The notes beneath the pieces were generated by a model. It worked only from the letters and a program-made list of their open reading frames with translations, was not told where the DNA came from and did no database searches. Below, in pieces: positions 39,095 to 51,890 of a stretch of 64,000 bases of DNA. Source of the DNA: Paraspadella gotoi (taxonomy: Eukaryota; Animalia; Chaetognatha); the NCBI GenBank assembly GCA_051294375.1, contig CM119264.1, forward strand, positions 27,037,659-27,101,658. The letters are read 5' to 3'. The position numbers and the translations under genes were made by a program. Every line of letters starts with the position of its first letter. Positions within the stretch are counted from its first letter, which is position 1.

Positions 39095-39500
39095 GTAAGT
39101 TACCCTTTTAAAAAAAAAAATGGCCGCTGCGGAAGTCGGGTAAGGGACGGGTGAGTCGAGGCAGAGTAGAAATGGGGGTAAGGTTAGACGATTCTTTTTT
39201 CTCGGATGTTAATTTTCTAATGGAGAAGCGTTTTTTAAAAAAAACAAGTTTGAGCAAACATTGTCGGGATCTGCCTACGATAATTAATTAATTGAATTAA
39301 TTAATCGATTAATTTAATTAATTAATTTAATTAATTTTAAATATGTAATAATTTAATTTTAAATTTATATTCAACTTATCATCATCGATGTCCTTAAAAA
39401 TTGGCGTTAGCGACAGTTTTATTAAATATGTTTTGTTTACATTTTATCAAAACAACAAATATCCTCTATTTTAATTTTATGTCTCCTTTCTCTCTTCTCT

Positions 39501-39541
<41 letters not shown>

Positions 39542-39704
39542 CTTCTCTTCTCTCTCTCTCTCTCTCTCTTTTTTCTGCCAATTGCGACGATCTCTTATGC
39601 TTTTTCAGATTTTTTTTTAACTATGCACATTTTTTCACATTATAATTTAAATTAATTCATTAATTAATTAAAAACATATTAAAATCATTAATATAAAGAC
39701 GATT

Positions 39705-40155
39705 CAATAAATGTGACTTATGTTTTTTTCCATCTAAAAACTCATTTCCCCTGGCACAATTCCGTCAATACTTTATATATTATTATATATTAATAAATAT
39801 AAAAGCTTCAGTTGCTAACAACCCAATGAACTAATTTCAAAAATTATATTGAAAAAATCGATTTAGTAGTAAAAGAAAAAAAAAATTTAAAGAGAACTAG
39901 AAGTTTATAAAAAGTGGTTCAATTTTGGCCCGCCTACTAGATATTTAGGCCTTTTAACTAGATATATTGCATGTGATTTATAAACAATGTTATCGGAATA
40001 ATAATTATCAATAATGTATTTTGTAAGTATTTAAGTATTTTATTCAGTGAGTAAAATTAACAACTTTTTTTATTCGCTATAATTTATCTCGGACTCTCTC
40101 TCCCCTCGTTCCTCTCCCCTTTTTCCCTCTCCCCTCTTTCATTCCTTCTTCTCCT

Positions 40156-40187
<32 letters not shown>

Positions 40188-40223
40188 TTGAAAATTGCGA
40201 CGATCCTTATGCTCATTTCACTG

Positions 40224-40314
<91 letters not shown>

Positions 40315-42100
40315 CTGCAATTTGCGGACGATCCTTATTGCTTTTAGGATTTTTTAACCTTGTATCATTTCTGCTTCAAAGTAAATGCTGGACTTAAATT
40401 TTTTTTTTTTTTTCATTTAAACTCATTTCCACTGGCCACAATTTCCGTCAAAACTTTAATATCTAGCTTTTTCACCACACTTTCCTACCGCTTCACAAAA
40501 TTTCATCTCATCTATATGGGATTTAACAATAAGTAAAAAGATTCAAGATAAATGTGACTCATATTTTTTTCATTTAAACTCATTCCACTCGTACGTTTCC
40601 ACGAACTTATATTCAAGCATCATTACACATTTTTTGTCTACCCACACAAAAAAATGTTGAACTCAATTATCCATCCAATTATGATTAAATTAGAGTACTT
40701 ATTGGTTAAAAATAAAGTTAAAAAGATTTTAGTATAAATGCGACTTATGTTATTTTCCACCTTAAACTCATTTTCCACTTCACACGATTCCGTTTCGAAA
40801 CTTATCATCCAGCTTTTATCACACAGTTTTCCTACCCACACCACAAAATTTCATTTTCAATCACAGCCAAAACGAGTTTATTGGAGCTATTTTTGCTAAG
40901 GTTGGGACGGATGACGGATTGATTGACTGGATTTAATTAATTAATTGATTAATTATAATTGACTAATTGATTAATTAACTGATTAATTATTTGACTTGAT
41001 TAATACATCCTGCATATACATTTAATATAAAAGGAAAAGAAGCATAATCAATTTAAGTTTTCTGAAACAGAGTTTTTTTGTTTTTTTTCCATTTAAACTC
41101 ATTCCACTGAAAAGATGCCATTGAAACTTGGTTTCCTGGATTCAATCACACACTTTTTCTACTCACATACAAAATTCCAGGTCAAATCTGATAATAAGTG
41201 GTAACTAAGCTATCTTGGTCAATTTGCATAATTTAATCACTTGATAATTTGGTAACTTGACATAATTTGGTTAACTGATCATAATTTGGGTCTACTTGAC
41301 ATAATTTGGTCAACTGACATAATTTGGTCAACGACATTAATCTTTGATCAATTAAGATAATTTTGGTTCAACCGGCCATTAATTTGGTTAACTGGCATAA
41401 ATTTATCAACTAGCCTAATTTGTCAACAGGCATAATTTTGGTCAACTTGCAAAACTTGAATTAACTTGCAGAATTTTTGGTCAACTGGCATAATTTGGTC
41501 AATTAGCATTAATTTGGGTCAATCAATTCAATCAATCAATCAATCAATCAATCAAATCAATCAATCAAATTCAATCAGAGAGGAGAGAGAGAGGAGAAAA
41601 CTTTTAAAAAAATTCAAATAAATGTTGTCTTTTCGGTTTTCTTAATTTTTGAACTCTTTTCCACTTCCTACGATGTACCATCAAAAAATTTTATCCAGCT
41701 TTATCACATACTTTTCCTTCCCAACACACAAAATTCAATTTTCGATTATATCTATCCAATTTTTAATAAACAAAATAATTATGAGTAAATTTAAGTTTAA
41801 AAATACTTCAAGTTATATATGACTTTTTGTTTTTTCCCATTTTAACTCATTTCCATCGCACGATTTCCCATCGAAACTTTTATATCCGGCTCAATCACAC
41901 ACTTTCTACCATCATACAAATTTCAAAGTCAATTGCACTTATCCACTATAGCAATTGGCGTTCAAATGTGAAATATATTTTTTTGTTTTTCCATTTAAAC
42001 CCAATTTCCCTCGCACGATTCCCTCGAAACTTCATATCCATCTCAATCACACAGTTTCCTACCCACACCAAAATTTCATACCAATTCCATCCATCCAATC
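39705..42100. repeat. degenerate ~150-200-bp internal repeats of the HINE
   Basis: CATTTAAACTCATTTCCAC...AAACTT...CACACTTTCCTACCCACAC...AAAATTTCA recurs near 39730, 40415, 40570, 40760, 41090, 41650, 41840 and 41990. Confidence 0.75.
41215..41523. repeat. degenerate ~18-bp tandem array (CATAATTTGGTCAACTGA), roughly 16 units
   Basis: Directly visible head-to-tail units inside the HINE, followed by (ATCA)n. Confidence 0.85.
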
Positions 42101-42430
42101 ACGGGTAATTGGAGTTTTTTGCTAAGGGTGGGACGGACGGACGGACGGGACTGACGACGGACGGACAGACAGACGGACGGACGGACATTCATTTTTTGCA
42201 TAATTAATCATTAATTCGATTGTTTCTGACGATATAAGGTGGTGTGCCCGACAATATTGAGGGGCGGACCGACGGGACCGAAAAAGTGAGATATAGAGTC
42301 GGGATCTGCTGATAAGGGCACAGATCCGACTAAAAACCGAAATGAAAACAATTTAATGCTAAAAAGCTTTTATCGATAAAAATCGGGTTTAACGATAACG
42401 ACGGTAGGCGACGACGGTTGACGGTTGACG

Positions 42431-42505
<75 letters not shown>

Positions 42506-42511
42506 TACGAC
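42431..42511. repeat. (CGA)n microsatellite
   Basis: Nearly pure GAC/CGA run. Homologous tracts are at ~25990-26085 and ~55675-55770. Confidence 0.95.
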
Positions 42512-43068
42512 AGCCTCAACGATGCTGGCGTCAGAGACAGCGATCGATAAGCTGAATAAAAAAACGATCGGTCGGCGGAATTCTTTTTCTTATTATTATT
42601 ATTTCGCATTGAATTTCGATCGTCAAAACGAAACAAATTCTTGTTGCCTTTTTCTTTTTCCGCTTTTCGTCTTCCATGTTATAAATTTCTGACTTTCCAA
42701 TCTTTCTGATCGCATCAGCTTCGTCTGGACTTCTTCGTCTCAAACAAGTTAACAAGCGATTTCAAGTTAATTTCTCTGAATCGGCAATGCTTGCACAGTC
42801 GCGAGATAAGCCGAGGATTGGATACCAAGCCCGTAATTTTTTATTTCTTTTTGACCAATTTACATTTGCGTTTTCTGTTTCACCAAGCAACCGGGCTTGA
42901 ATCCATCCGGCCACACAGAATTGAGAAAAGGCTGAGCAGCGGCCTTTCCTGAGATGTCGAAAAGCTCAAATACCAAATAGTCTCACAAAGGAGATTTTTT
43001 TTTTCTTGACGAAGAAAATTACTCATCATTTGTTGCGAAAATGAGAGTAGAAATTGCATGAGAGAGAG

Positions 43069-43101
<33 letters not shown>

Positions 43102-44786
43102 CGAAGAGAGAGGAGAGAGGAGAGAGAGAGAGAGAGAGAGCGAGTCGGCAAATAGTGGAGGGAAAAATGAAAATTTGTCCGAGCAAATAACTCCCGGTTT
43201 TCTTGACGAGAGAAAAATCTTAAAAGGAAAACTACAGGGTCAACAAAAGTCTCCGGTTCAATAGATGATCCTGTTATTTCATTTGAAACCTCGTCGCCAC
43301 TCCTACATAACGACCTTGTAGATGTTCCTCAGAAACGGCTCTCTCGCTACAATAGAATCCATTTCAGAAACTTGGGGCAGGCCCGATGCACGAAAAGGCA
43401 GGGACCGACCGTCGGGGGCTGGAAACTTAAACGTAAAGAAATTTCGGATGTTTTTTTCAAGCGACGGGTGGCGGTTTTCTGATGGCGAGATGATAGAACG
43501 AGAATTGATGTTAAGTCATTCTTTCTTCACCTTAAATATTAATAAGGGAACAGAAAAGTTATTACTCGTAATATGCGTTTCATAGTTGCCAGAAAAATAA
43601 ATAATTCCTTCTACCGAGTAGAGGTTTGAAATTTTTTCACTATATTTCTTTAGTTTAATATAATATAATCTAATATAATTTCTTTGCGTTAAATGAAATG
43701 ATGTTAGAGTGTTCAAAGAATTGTCGTTTCGAGTTATTCTATGGAATGATGCAAGGAATTTCGATTCGAGTTCTTTCAGTCTAACCAAAATTTAGACGCG
43801 CGTGAGTTTTTTTTTTGTGTGGAACTTGAGATGAATCTTTAAAAAAATCAAAGTCAAAGAGGAAAAACTATTTTGGAAATAAAATGGTCCATCTCTCGAA
43901 ACCCATCTTAACTGTCGTAGTATGACAACATCCGGGGTTGCCGGATGCCCATTGGGATTGCGGCGATCCTCACTGTTGGGCTTTGGTGGGCCGGTTCCGA
44001 CCCTCAGTGACGCCTCCAGTCACTGGCGCGGTTACCCTAGGACAGTTTCGCTTTGCCAACGCAAGATGGAAGTCGTTAGGACTGTGGATGGAACACAACG
44101 CCTGGGATTGTGTGTTCATGTGAAAATGTATTGGCTGAACGATGGTGGACGTGAGGCGGAGTGAATATACGCCACAGTAGCATCTTTTCATCCCCTTGAA
44201 CAGCCACGGAACGGTGTTCGGAGGACTGGAACGGGCTTAAGGCAGGGATGGGTCAGGATTTAACCCTTATGGTAAAAAGCAGATGACTTTACTTCATCGC
44301 GCAACCGGCAGGCCAGAAAAAAGGTATGATTAATCACGAGGGTGACCCTTCCGGGACCCTCGATGACCCTTCGCGACCCCGACGGCACGATTCGCCGATG
44401 AGGGGCAAAAAACAAAAGTAAGAAACTTGAAAGAGATTAAATTTCTGATCGTCTTTTGATCGACCCGATGGAGCAGGAGTCGAGTCGAATGGAGAGCGGG
44501 AGTCCTCATGGGTTTCGACTGGCCCAGGGGCAGTGGCACATTTACGACTTCGCCCGAAAATTAAAAGGGAGCGATTCCAAATCCTTATCTCCATCTCGTT
44601 GAAGGGAGGAGGAGAGAGAGAGCAGGGAGAAGGAAGAGAGGAGGGAGGAGAGAGAGAGAGAGGAGAGAAAATGCCTTTGCTTATTCGAACAAACGCAAGG
44701 AGAATCGAAGGGCTAACGTTTGTTACAGTTCCGCAAACTATAAACAAAGAACTACGGACGACGACGACGACGACGACGACGACGAC

Positions 44787-44823
<37 letters not shown>

Positions 44824-44933
44824 ACGACGTTGACTTGTCGAAGACTGGACATCTGTCTTCATCCCAGAAAAAACAGGAGCCAGAAAGGGATCGAGAGATG
44901 AATCCCTTGAGAATTGACTCTCTCTTCTCTCTC

Positions 44934-44996
<63 letters not shown>

Positions 44997-45094
44997 TCTT
45001 TCTTTCGTTATCTGAGTTTATATGTGGCGTTTATAAACGACCTTTCTCGCTTGGCATATTAATAGTCAAATCTAATCAATAGAAATCGATGCAA

Positions 45095-45133
<39 letters not shown>

Positions 45134-45933
45134 AACAATTATTCCCCTTTTCTCCTTAATGTTTTGTTTTTTTCTTTTTCGCCTTCAAACGAAAATATTT
45201 GTTCAGAAGAGAGGGGTTAACCTTAATTTGTGCCGGATGTCAGTTCTGTACGAACAGAAATAAAAGTCACTTTGGCGGTCGAAGAGTCAGCTCCTGTCAC
45301 TGACAGCCTGTCACTGACAGCCTGTCAGCATTCGACCAGTCAACGCCCTTAAACATGTTCAGTCAACGTGTATTGACTTGCCTAAAAACGTTCTGTATTT
45401 ACTAGTAGTTTCGGAGTTCGATTTGTTAAAGTTTTCATGTACTTTTATCTTAAAGTTATTCTATGATTAAGACTAAAGAAAGTTATAGTAACCGATCTTG
45501 ATCATATTTTGTTTCAATGTAGTCCAAATTTTATTATCATAATACCTTAGATTAATACCAAGGATATTTCAATGAATATTAAAACTCCTCTTCCTTTATT
45601 TTCATTTCTTATTCCTTTCTGAGTTCATTCCCCGGTCCCCCCACCCAGCACCCTCCCCCCCCCTCCTCAAAAAAAAATCTCTCTCCATGAAATCTGACAA
45701 TTTTGACAGAAAAAAAAAAGAGGTCGCGGAAATGGAACGAGGGATCGATAATGGGGAAGAAGTTGACCTTCGTCAAAAATTTGGGGAGAGGGTGAACGAT
45801 TTTGATGACGGACGACGACCGACGATGACGGACGATGACGACAATAACAAAAAAGGTGACGCTGAGGCGAAGACGATACGACACTGATGACAATGACAAT
45901 GTGGGCTGACATTGAGGACTTTATGATTCTCTG

Positions 45934-46003
<70 letters not shown>

Positions 46004-47450
46004 TTCTCTCTCTCTCTTTCTAATATCGTCTTTGCTCCCACTCTTCATCTCTTTATCTCTCTTCCATCCATCGACCCCATTGTTCAAATTTTAGCCAAAT
46101 AAAGGCTCATCAAAACCGGCTGCCCTTTTTTTTCCCCTTTTAAAAATTCGGAGCACCCAATTATGAGAACAAAATCCTACTTAAGAAAATTTTTGCTTCT
46201 CGAGCGACGCGCCGATGCTCTCGAAAGAATCTTAAACTTCAAATATAAAATTTGTTTCAGAGAGTTGAACAAAACATTTAGCCAAGCACATCAAATTTCT
46301 ACTTCGACGTTTCGTTGATGATTTCGAGTAGATTATTGTTAAGTTCTCTTTGTTCGAGATAAAGCTTGGTAAGGAGCCCGGCCTTTCGATTCCCGTTGAG
46401 TTGATTGTTAGTTGATTGTTTTTTTTTTTGTCAAGCAGTCTGCTGATAGAGAAAATAAAAAGAAAAATGCTGTAGAAGATTTATCATCTCCGCAAAAAAT
46501 TTTGATTGAAAGTGACTTGAAGGTGCACTGAAATATTTGTAATACTTTTTTTTCTCAATATTCTACGCATTAACTCCTAATTGGAAGAAAAAAGAAATTG
46601 CGTCTAGACTTAGGGGATTTGGTTTTGGGGGTCTTAAAATTACTCTTCAAAAATCAGATAAACATTGAGATACAAAGTTTAATCCTTGGTACGTGGAAAC
46701 GACATTAGGAAAAAGTGTGTCTTCTCGAAACTGTTTGACCTTTAAAGATTGTTGTAACAGAGGGATAGAGAGAGAGAGGAGAGAGAGAGACGGAGAGAAG
46801 AGAGAGAGGAGAGAGAGAGAGACGAGAGAGAGAGAGAAGAGAGATTTCGTATATTCAGATTCCTAAATTAATGTAGAGGATCGTAATTAATAAGCCCGTA
46901 AACTTTTTTATCATAATTTCTCCGTAGTAATTTGATCCCTCGTTTATTTTGATTAGCTGGACTGAGACCTGAGGAATATTTGCTTTGGATAGGAATTCCC
47001 ACGGTTTTTTCTCCCCTCATCTTCAGATTTTCACTAAACCCTGTCTCAAGCTTTTGGCGTAGAACATACTTAGATCGAGACAAATGTGACCCTGCGATTT
47101 TTCGATATTGAACAATTTTAAAAAAAACAAACTGTTTTCTTTTAAAAATCTGTGAAACCAGTTGCTTGACCCTATTAATTTAGTTTCGAGAAGGTTGTAA
47201 TAAAAAAAAGTAATACGTCTAATTATTTAAATCAATTAATTATACATTATTTAACAACCCTCGGTTTTCAAACTTAAACCATTTTTTTTGCCAAAATTAA
47301 CCCGGGTTCTCCGCGCATTGAAATGGGAAGCTAATTTTTAAGAGGCTTTTTTTTTTTTTCTTGCCGATAATTGACAATTCTCATTGTTCAAACATCTGAG
47401 CATCGCATTCTCACGATTCCCTTTTGTTTTCCCCTTCTTCGCTTCGTCAG

Positions 47451-47556
47451 GTGTCGCAGGAGATCGTGGGATCAAGTTGATGCTGTTCTCCAGGCAACAG
47501 CGCCGGTCCGTCAAAAACCATTGATGATTCGCGCGCAATTGCGATACTATCCGCAG
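47451..47556 (+). CDS. internal exon A of an unidentified multi-exon gene
   Basis: Pyrimidine tract + TCAG acceptor and CAG|GTCGGT donor. Reads CRRRSWDQVDAVLQATAPVRQKPLMIRAQLRYYPQ. Confidence 0.6.
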
Positions 47557-47915
47557 GTCGGTCCGGTTCGGTTCGTAATGCCGATTGGTGCTTTGTTGAC
47601 GTCGTTATCGCTGTTGTCGTGTGGTGGTTTGCCGCTGGGAATCGTGAGGATCGACTTAGATAATTGTGCGGTAAATGTTTGTTATGGCAATGGACCGCGA
47701 AGGCTTTTTATTTTAATTGTCCGTTTTAATGTCGATGACAATGTTCGTTCGGATTGTTTAATTTATTTTTTTAAACAAATGGATAATAAAATTAGCAAAT
47801 AAAAACGATTATTTAGAACACGAATCCTCGATCTGCCACTAATGGTTTTCCTCCTCCTTTCTCCTCCTCCTTCCTCCTCTTCCCCCCTTCCAACCCCCTC
47901 CTCCTCTCCACTCAG

Positions 47916-48060
47916 GAAATCAACCCCGACCGCTGTTATTACATTGCATAACGTCAGCGCTACTGCGTGACTAAAGTGACTGGAATCTCCGCCAGCTTGG
48001 ACGCTCAACATTTGGCCAACGTTGTCGTCCACTCCAACCAAAAGCTCAACTTCACCACAG
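47916..48060 (+). CDS. internal exon B
   Basis: CTCAG acceptor and CAG|GTGTGG donor. Reads EINP...VTKVTGISASLDAQHLANVVVHSNQKLNFTT, with one in-frame TAA that two compensating indels would remove. Confidence 0.6.
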
Positions 48061-48546
48061 GTGTGGACGAGGTTGTGGTTGGTGGGTGGAGGCGTGGAAT
48101 TCAATTAGAAGGGATTCAGTTTTTATATAGTTATGACTTATTCCGCTGTGGCGTTAGCTATGTAATTCGATTCTGATTTTGAATCCTCAAAGATTTTTAT
48201 TTCAAATATTTTTTTCCTTTCTTAAAATTTTGCTTAAGAAAAAAATTTATCTTTGCTTCGAGAAAATTTGAGGTCACGTGACGTCATCGTCGATAAGATA
48301 TCAAAAAGAAAAATGTTTATTATTGACGAAGGGTCCATTATAGCATTTAATAAAGGGTCTTATCAGGAAATAAATTTCTCAGATCTTAGAATCTCTCTCA
48401 CGTAAACAGACTCCCTGTTGCCTTTAACCTGGGCGAGAAAAAAAAAGCCAGACCTTCTTCTGTATCTTAGACTGAACCCATTTTATTCCAAACTGAACCT
48501 TACCCTTCACTTCACCCTCTCCTCTTTCATACCCCCAAAAACCCAG

Positions 48547-48812
48547 CTGGTCTCATCACCAATCCCCCCGAAAATTCAACCGGCGTCGCCTTCTCCCCCG
48601 GCGGCGGGCGCCTGCCAGGATCTACGGACGGTGGGGCGCGCGCCGTTCCTCCCGGCGCCGTTTTCGAACCGGAAGTGGCGGTCCAGGCGCCGCCGCTTCC
48701 GGTTCGTCGACGCCGGCGGAAAAACGGCGGCTAGCCAACGCGGACGCCGCCGCAGCAGCCGAACGTTTGCCGCGGCGCAAACGCCAGCCATGAAACAGTA
48801 CCAGAGCTTAAG
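48547..48812 (+). CDS. internal exon C (low complexity)
   Basis: GC-rich island with CCCAG acceptor and AAG|GTTATT donor. Phase-compatible with exons B and D (GLITNPPENSTG...GANASHETVPELK) but has one in-frame stop. Confidence 0.5.
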
Positions 48813-49135
48813 GTTATTCAATTAATCCATCAATCAATTAATCAAATCAATTATTCAATCAATAAATCAAACTACGTATCAAAATATCAAATAACTTCAT
48901 TCATGATGAATAAACCTATTAATTAATTAATCAATTAATCAAACTTGCTTATCCAAAATTTTTAAAAAGTTTTTATTCTTGACTAAGAAATCTTATTATT
49001 TTCATAGACAAATATATCATATACTGTAGTCATAAAAGCAATATTAATTTCAGCAATCAATTCTGCATAATTTATCAATCATCATATCTCCCTGGAACCA
49101 AAAATCATAAATTATCTTCTTTCTCTCCCGCACAG

Positions 49136-49335
49136 AGCATCGCCTCCAAGCCAATGGCGAAGCTGACCGAATGTCTACGGCACGCCCAACGAGATTTGTG
49201 ACCAATTCACGGGCCCGGATCAACGCGCCGCCGCCGGCGGCAGCGTGTTCAACGGGGTCGCGGGCATCAGGTGGAAACCGCGTTCTCCCCAACGCCGCCA
49301 ATCCGTCGCCCGTGTTGACGCCCGACACGTACAGG
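49136..49335 (+). CDS. internal exon D
   Basis: CACAG acceptor after a pyrimidine tract and AGG|GTAAGG donor. Reads SIASKPMAKLTECLRHAQRDL / ...NPSPVLTPDTYR with a frameshift. Confidence 0.65.
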
Positions 49336-49794
49336 GTAAGGGGGCCCACGTGGAGGTCAAGAAGAAAGAATAAGTAATTAATAGCTAATAATAGTAACCC
49401 TTGTAATTATTTGCTAGTAGTTGAAAAAAAGTTTAAAGTATTTGAGTATTTATTTGATTTCTTTTGAGTTGGAATTTTTTTTATTTTCAATTGAAAAATT
49501 CGACTTCTTAAAATCTCGATGCTAAAAATCGTGCGTCCTCTATTAAGTTTTTTAAAATATTTTTCATTTAATAATACCGTTAACTACGTTAGCCCGCCTA
49601 TTTTAGGGACCCCAATGATTAAAAAATTGGCCCCGCCAACGATTAAAATTGTTTTCTCTTTAATTTTTTCTTACTTTTTTTTGTCTCGATCTTTTGACAG
49701 TTTATTTTCATTCGAAAGAATTCAAAGCTGTTTTTATTAACATTCTTCTTTCTCTCTTCTCTCTCTTTCTCTCTCTCTTCTCTCTCCTCTCTCT

Positions 49795-49840
<46 letters not shown>

Positions 49841-49845
49841 TGCAG

Positions 49846-50045
49846 GCGCTCGACGTTTACCAGGAAGAGTCGTCGGGCGGCGCCCGCTTCCTGGCCGCCA
49901 GCGGCGCTACGGCGGCGGCGGCGGCGGCGGCGGCCGCCGCTGCATGCCGCCGCCGGCGCCAACGTTACGACATCATAGATTTCCAATCCTCAACGTTCTG
50001 GGCAACGCCCGAAAGCCCCAGCACAGCAGCAACATCGGCCACGCG
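49846..50045 (+). CDS. internal exon E with poly-Ala (GCG)n
   Basis: TTGCAG acceptor and GCG|GTAGGT donor. Reads ALDVYQEESSGGARFLAASGATAAAAAAAAAAAC..., continuing exon D in phase. Confidence 0.65.
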
Positions 50046-50074
50046 GTAGGTTGGGTTATCATCTTCTCCTTCTC

Positions 50075-50343
50075 TCTCTCTCTCTCTCTCTCTTTCATTC
50101 GACTCGTCCCAAGAATATAAAACCTTTTTCTTCTTCACTGAAAAATCAATCAGTTTTTTTTTCTTTCGATTCACAGTCTGGTTTTCACCGTCTCGCTTTT
50201 GAGATTCACGGATTCAAAGCAAAATATATTTTTTTTATTTATTTTATTTATTTATTTTTATAAATTTATTAAATTTACTAAATATATGAAATCTTTTTTA
50301 ACAGTATAAATTAAATAGTAATAATAAAACTTCTTTCTTCAGT
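50075..50343 (+). repeat. short duplicate of unit segment ~22150-22412
   Basis: TTCATTCGACTCGTCCCAAG...CTTCTTTCTTCAGTT matches copies 1, 2 and 3. Confidence 0.9.
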
Positions 50344-50347
50344 TTAA

Positions 50348-50978
50348 GTTCTTGTTTTTTTGAATTTGAAAGAAAAAAAAAGGTTTTGTGTCATTACAAC
50401 TGTATGAACTATGAACTGTGAGGGAGTGAGGCTCCAAAGCGAAAGAGTATTAAAATTTGTTTCCTAAATTCCTGATAATTTTGGGCTTTGAGACCTTGCA
50501 CCTTCCCCTGCAATTAGCTCCACCCATCACTTTTTGGATTTCTTACCGTCTCGTTGATAAGCTTTTTATTTTATAATTATAATAACGTGAGCTCCTCTCT
50601 CGACCTTCTCAATCCGCCAAAGATCTTTATATGTTTTCTCTCCTTTCTCTTCTCTTTCTATTCTATTTCTCTTTCTCTCCTTCTATTCTTTTTTATTCCT
50701 CTTTCTGCCAAAATCATCTCACTTCAGATATGTATATTCTTCTCTCCCTACCACCTTGATCTCCACCCCATCTACACTCCGTCTACACCCAATCTCCAAC
50801 CCCTTCTACACCCCACCATCTCCAACCACCATCTACACCCCCAGGTCGAAAGGCTCCACCTTTTATCTCCTCCTTTTCACTTCGTTTTCCTTCTCCTATT
50901 TATTTTTTTTCTTTCACCCTTTTTGCTTCTTTTTTTTTCTCAAGATCGTAACTTCTTACAACTTACTCGTTGGAAGCT

Positions 50979-51039
<61 letters not shown>

Positions 51040-51240
51040 TCGTCGTCTCGTCTTTAAATTTAAGGACGGCAAATAGGGCCTCCGTTTATTTTAGACTCGT
51101 TTCCATTTTGCTGGTTAAGTTCCGTCTTTGTGTCGGCAGATTTTTTTCTCAGTTTTGATTTTTTTTCTTTTATCAACCGACTTAATATAATTTCCTTATG
51201 TGTAAAATAAAAATACTATAGCCGCATAGCGGCCTAGCCG

Positions 51241-51300
<60 letters not shown>

Positions 51301-51843
51301 CTCTCTCTTTCATTCGACTCGTCCCAAGAATATAAAACCTTTTTCTTCTTCACTGAAAAATCAATCAGTTTTTTTTTTCTTTCGATTCACAGTCTGGTTT
51401 TCACCGTCTCGCTTTTGAGATTCACGGATTCAAAGCAAAAATATATTTTTTTTATTTATTTTATTTATTTATTTTTATAAATTTATTAAATTTACTAAAT
51501 ATATGAAATCTTTTTAACAGTATAAATTAAATAGTAATAATAAAACTTCTTTCTTCAGTTTCTTGAATAAACAAGGCGTCTTGGATGCGTTACAAAATAA
51601 ATGATTAACGGACCTCCGACGGGCGAGAGAGAACTTCTCACCATATGGTCTGGTTTATATGTGTATGAATTATTTCTTTCTTTCTTTCTTTCNNNNNNNN
51701 NNNNNNNNNNNNNNNNNTCTTCAGTTTCTTGAATAAACAAGGCGTCTTGGATGCGTTACAAAATAAATGATTAACGGACCTCCGACGGGCGAGAGAGAAC
51801 TTCTCACCATATGGTCTGGTTTATATGTGTATGAATTATTTCT

Positions 51844-51890
<47 letters not shown>

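Larger units (their letters stand above)
39245..42331 (-). mobile_element. non-autonomous Helentron (HINE / DINE-1-like) element, ~3.1 kb
   Basis: Absent from the homologous sites at ~25887-25895 and ~55565-55574, and inserted in an A/T run with no TSD. One end has the hairpin AGTCGGGATCTG...CAGATCCGACT (42297-42331) next to a (GGAC)n microsatellite (42130-42187). The other end has the matching sub-terminal GTCGGGATCTG and the stem-loop ACAAGTTTG-AG-CAAACATTGT (39244-39264). Central tandem repeats are present and there is no ORF. Confidence 0.8.
28230..44297 (+). repeat. large repeated unit, copy 2 (carries a 3.1-kb insertion)
   Basis: Collinear with 14721-27951, apart from the insertion at 39245-42331. 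It contains 25-N gaps at 34147-34171 and 35353-35377. Confidence 0.95.

Noticed and set aside
49983-50045. Alternate-frame PILNVLGNARKPQHSSNIGH, loosely like myosin switch-1 region NPILEAFGNAKT..NSSRFGK
   Set aside because: No GESGAGKT P-loop or other myosin motifs in the neighbouring exons. Likely chance.
51547-51860. Apparent ~150-bp tandem duplication around the 25-N gap
   Set aside because: Overlapping contig ends either side of a fixed-size gap. Copies 1 and 2 have the segment once.
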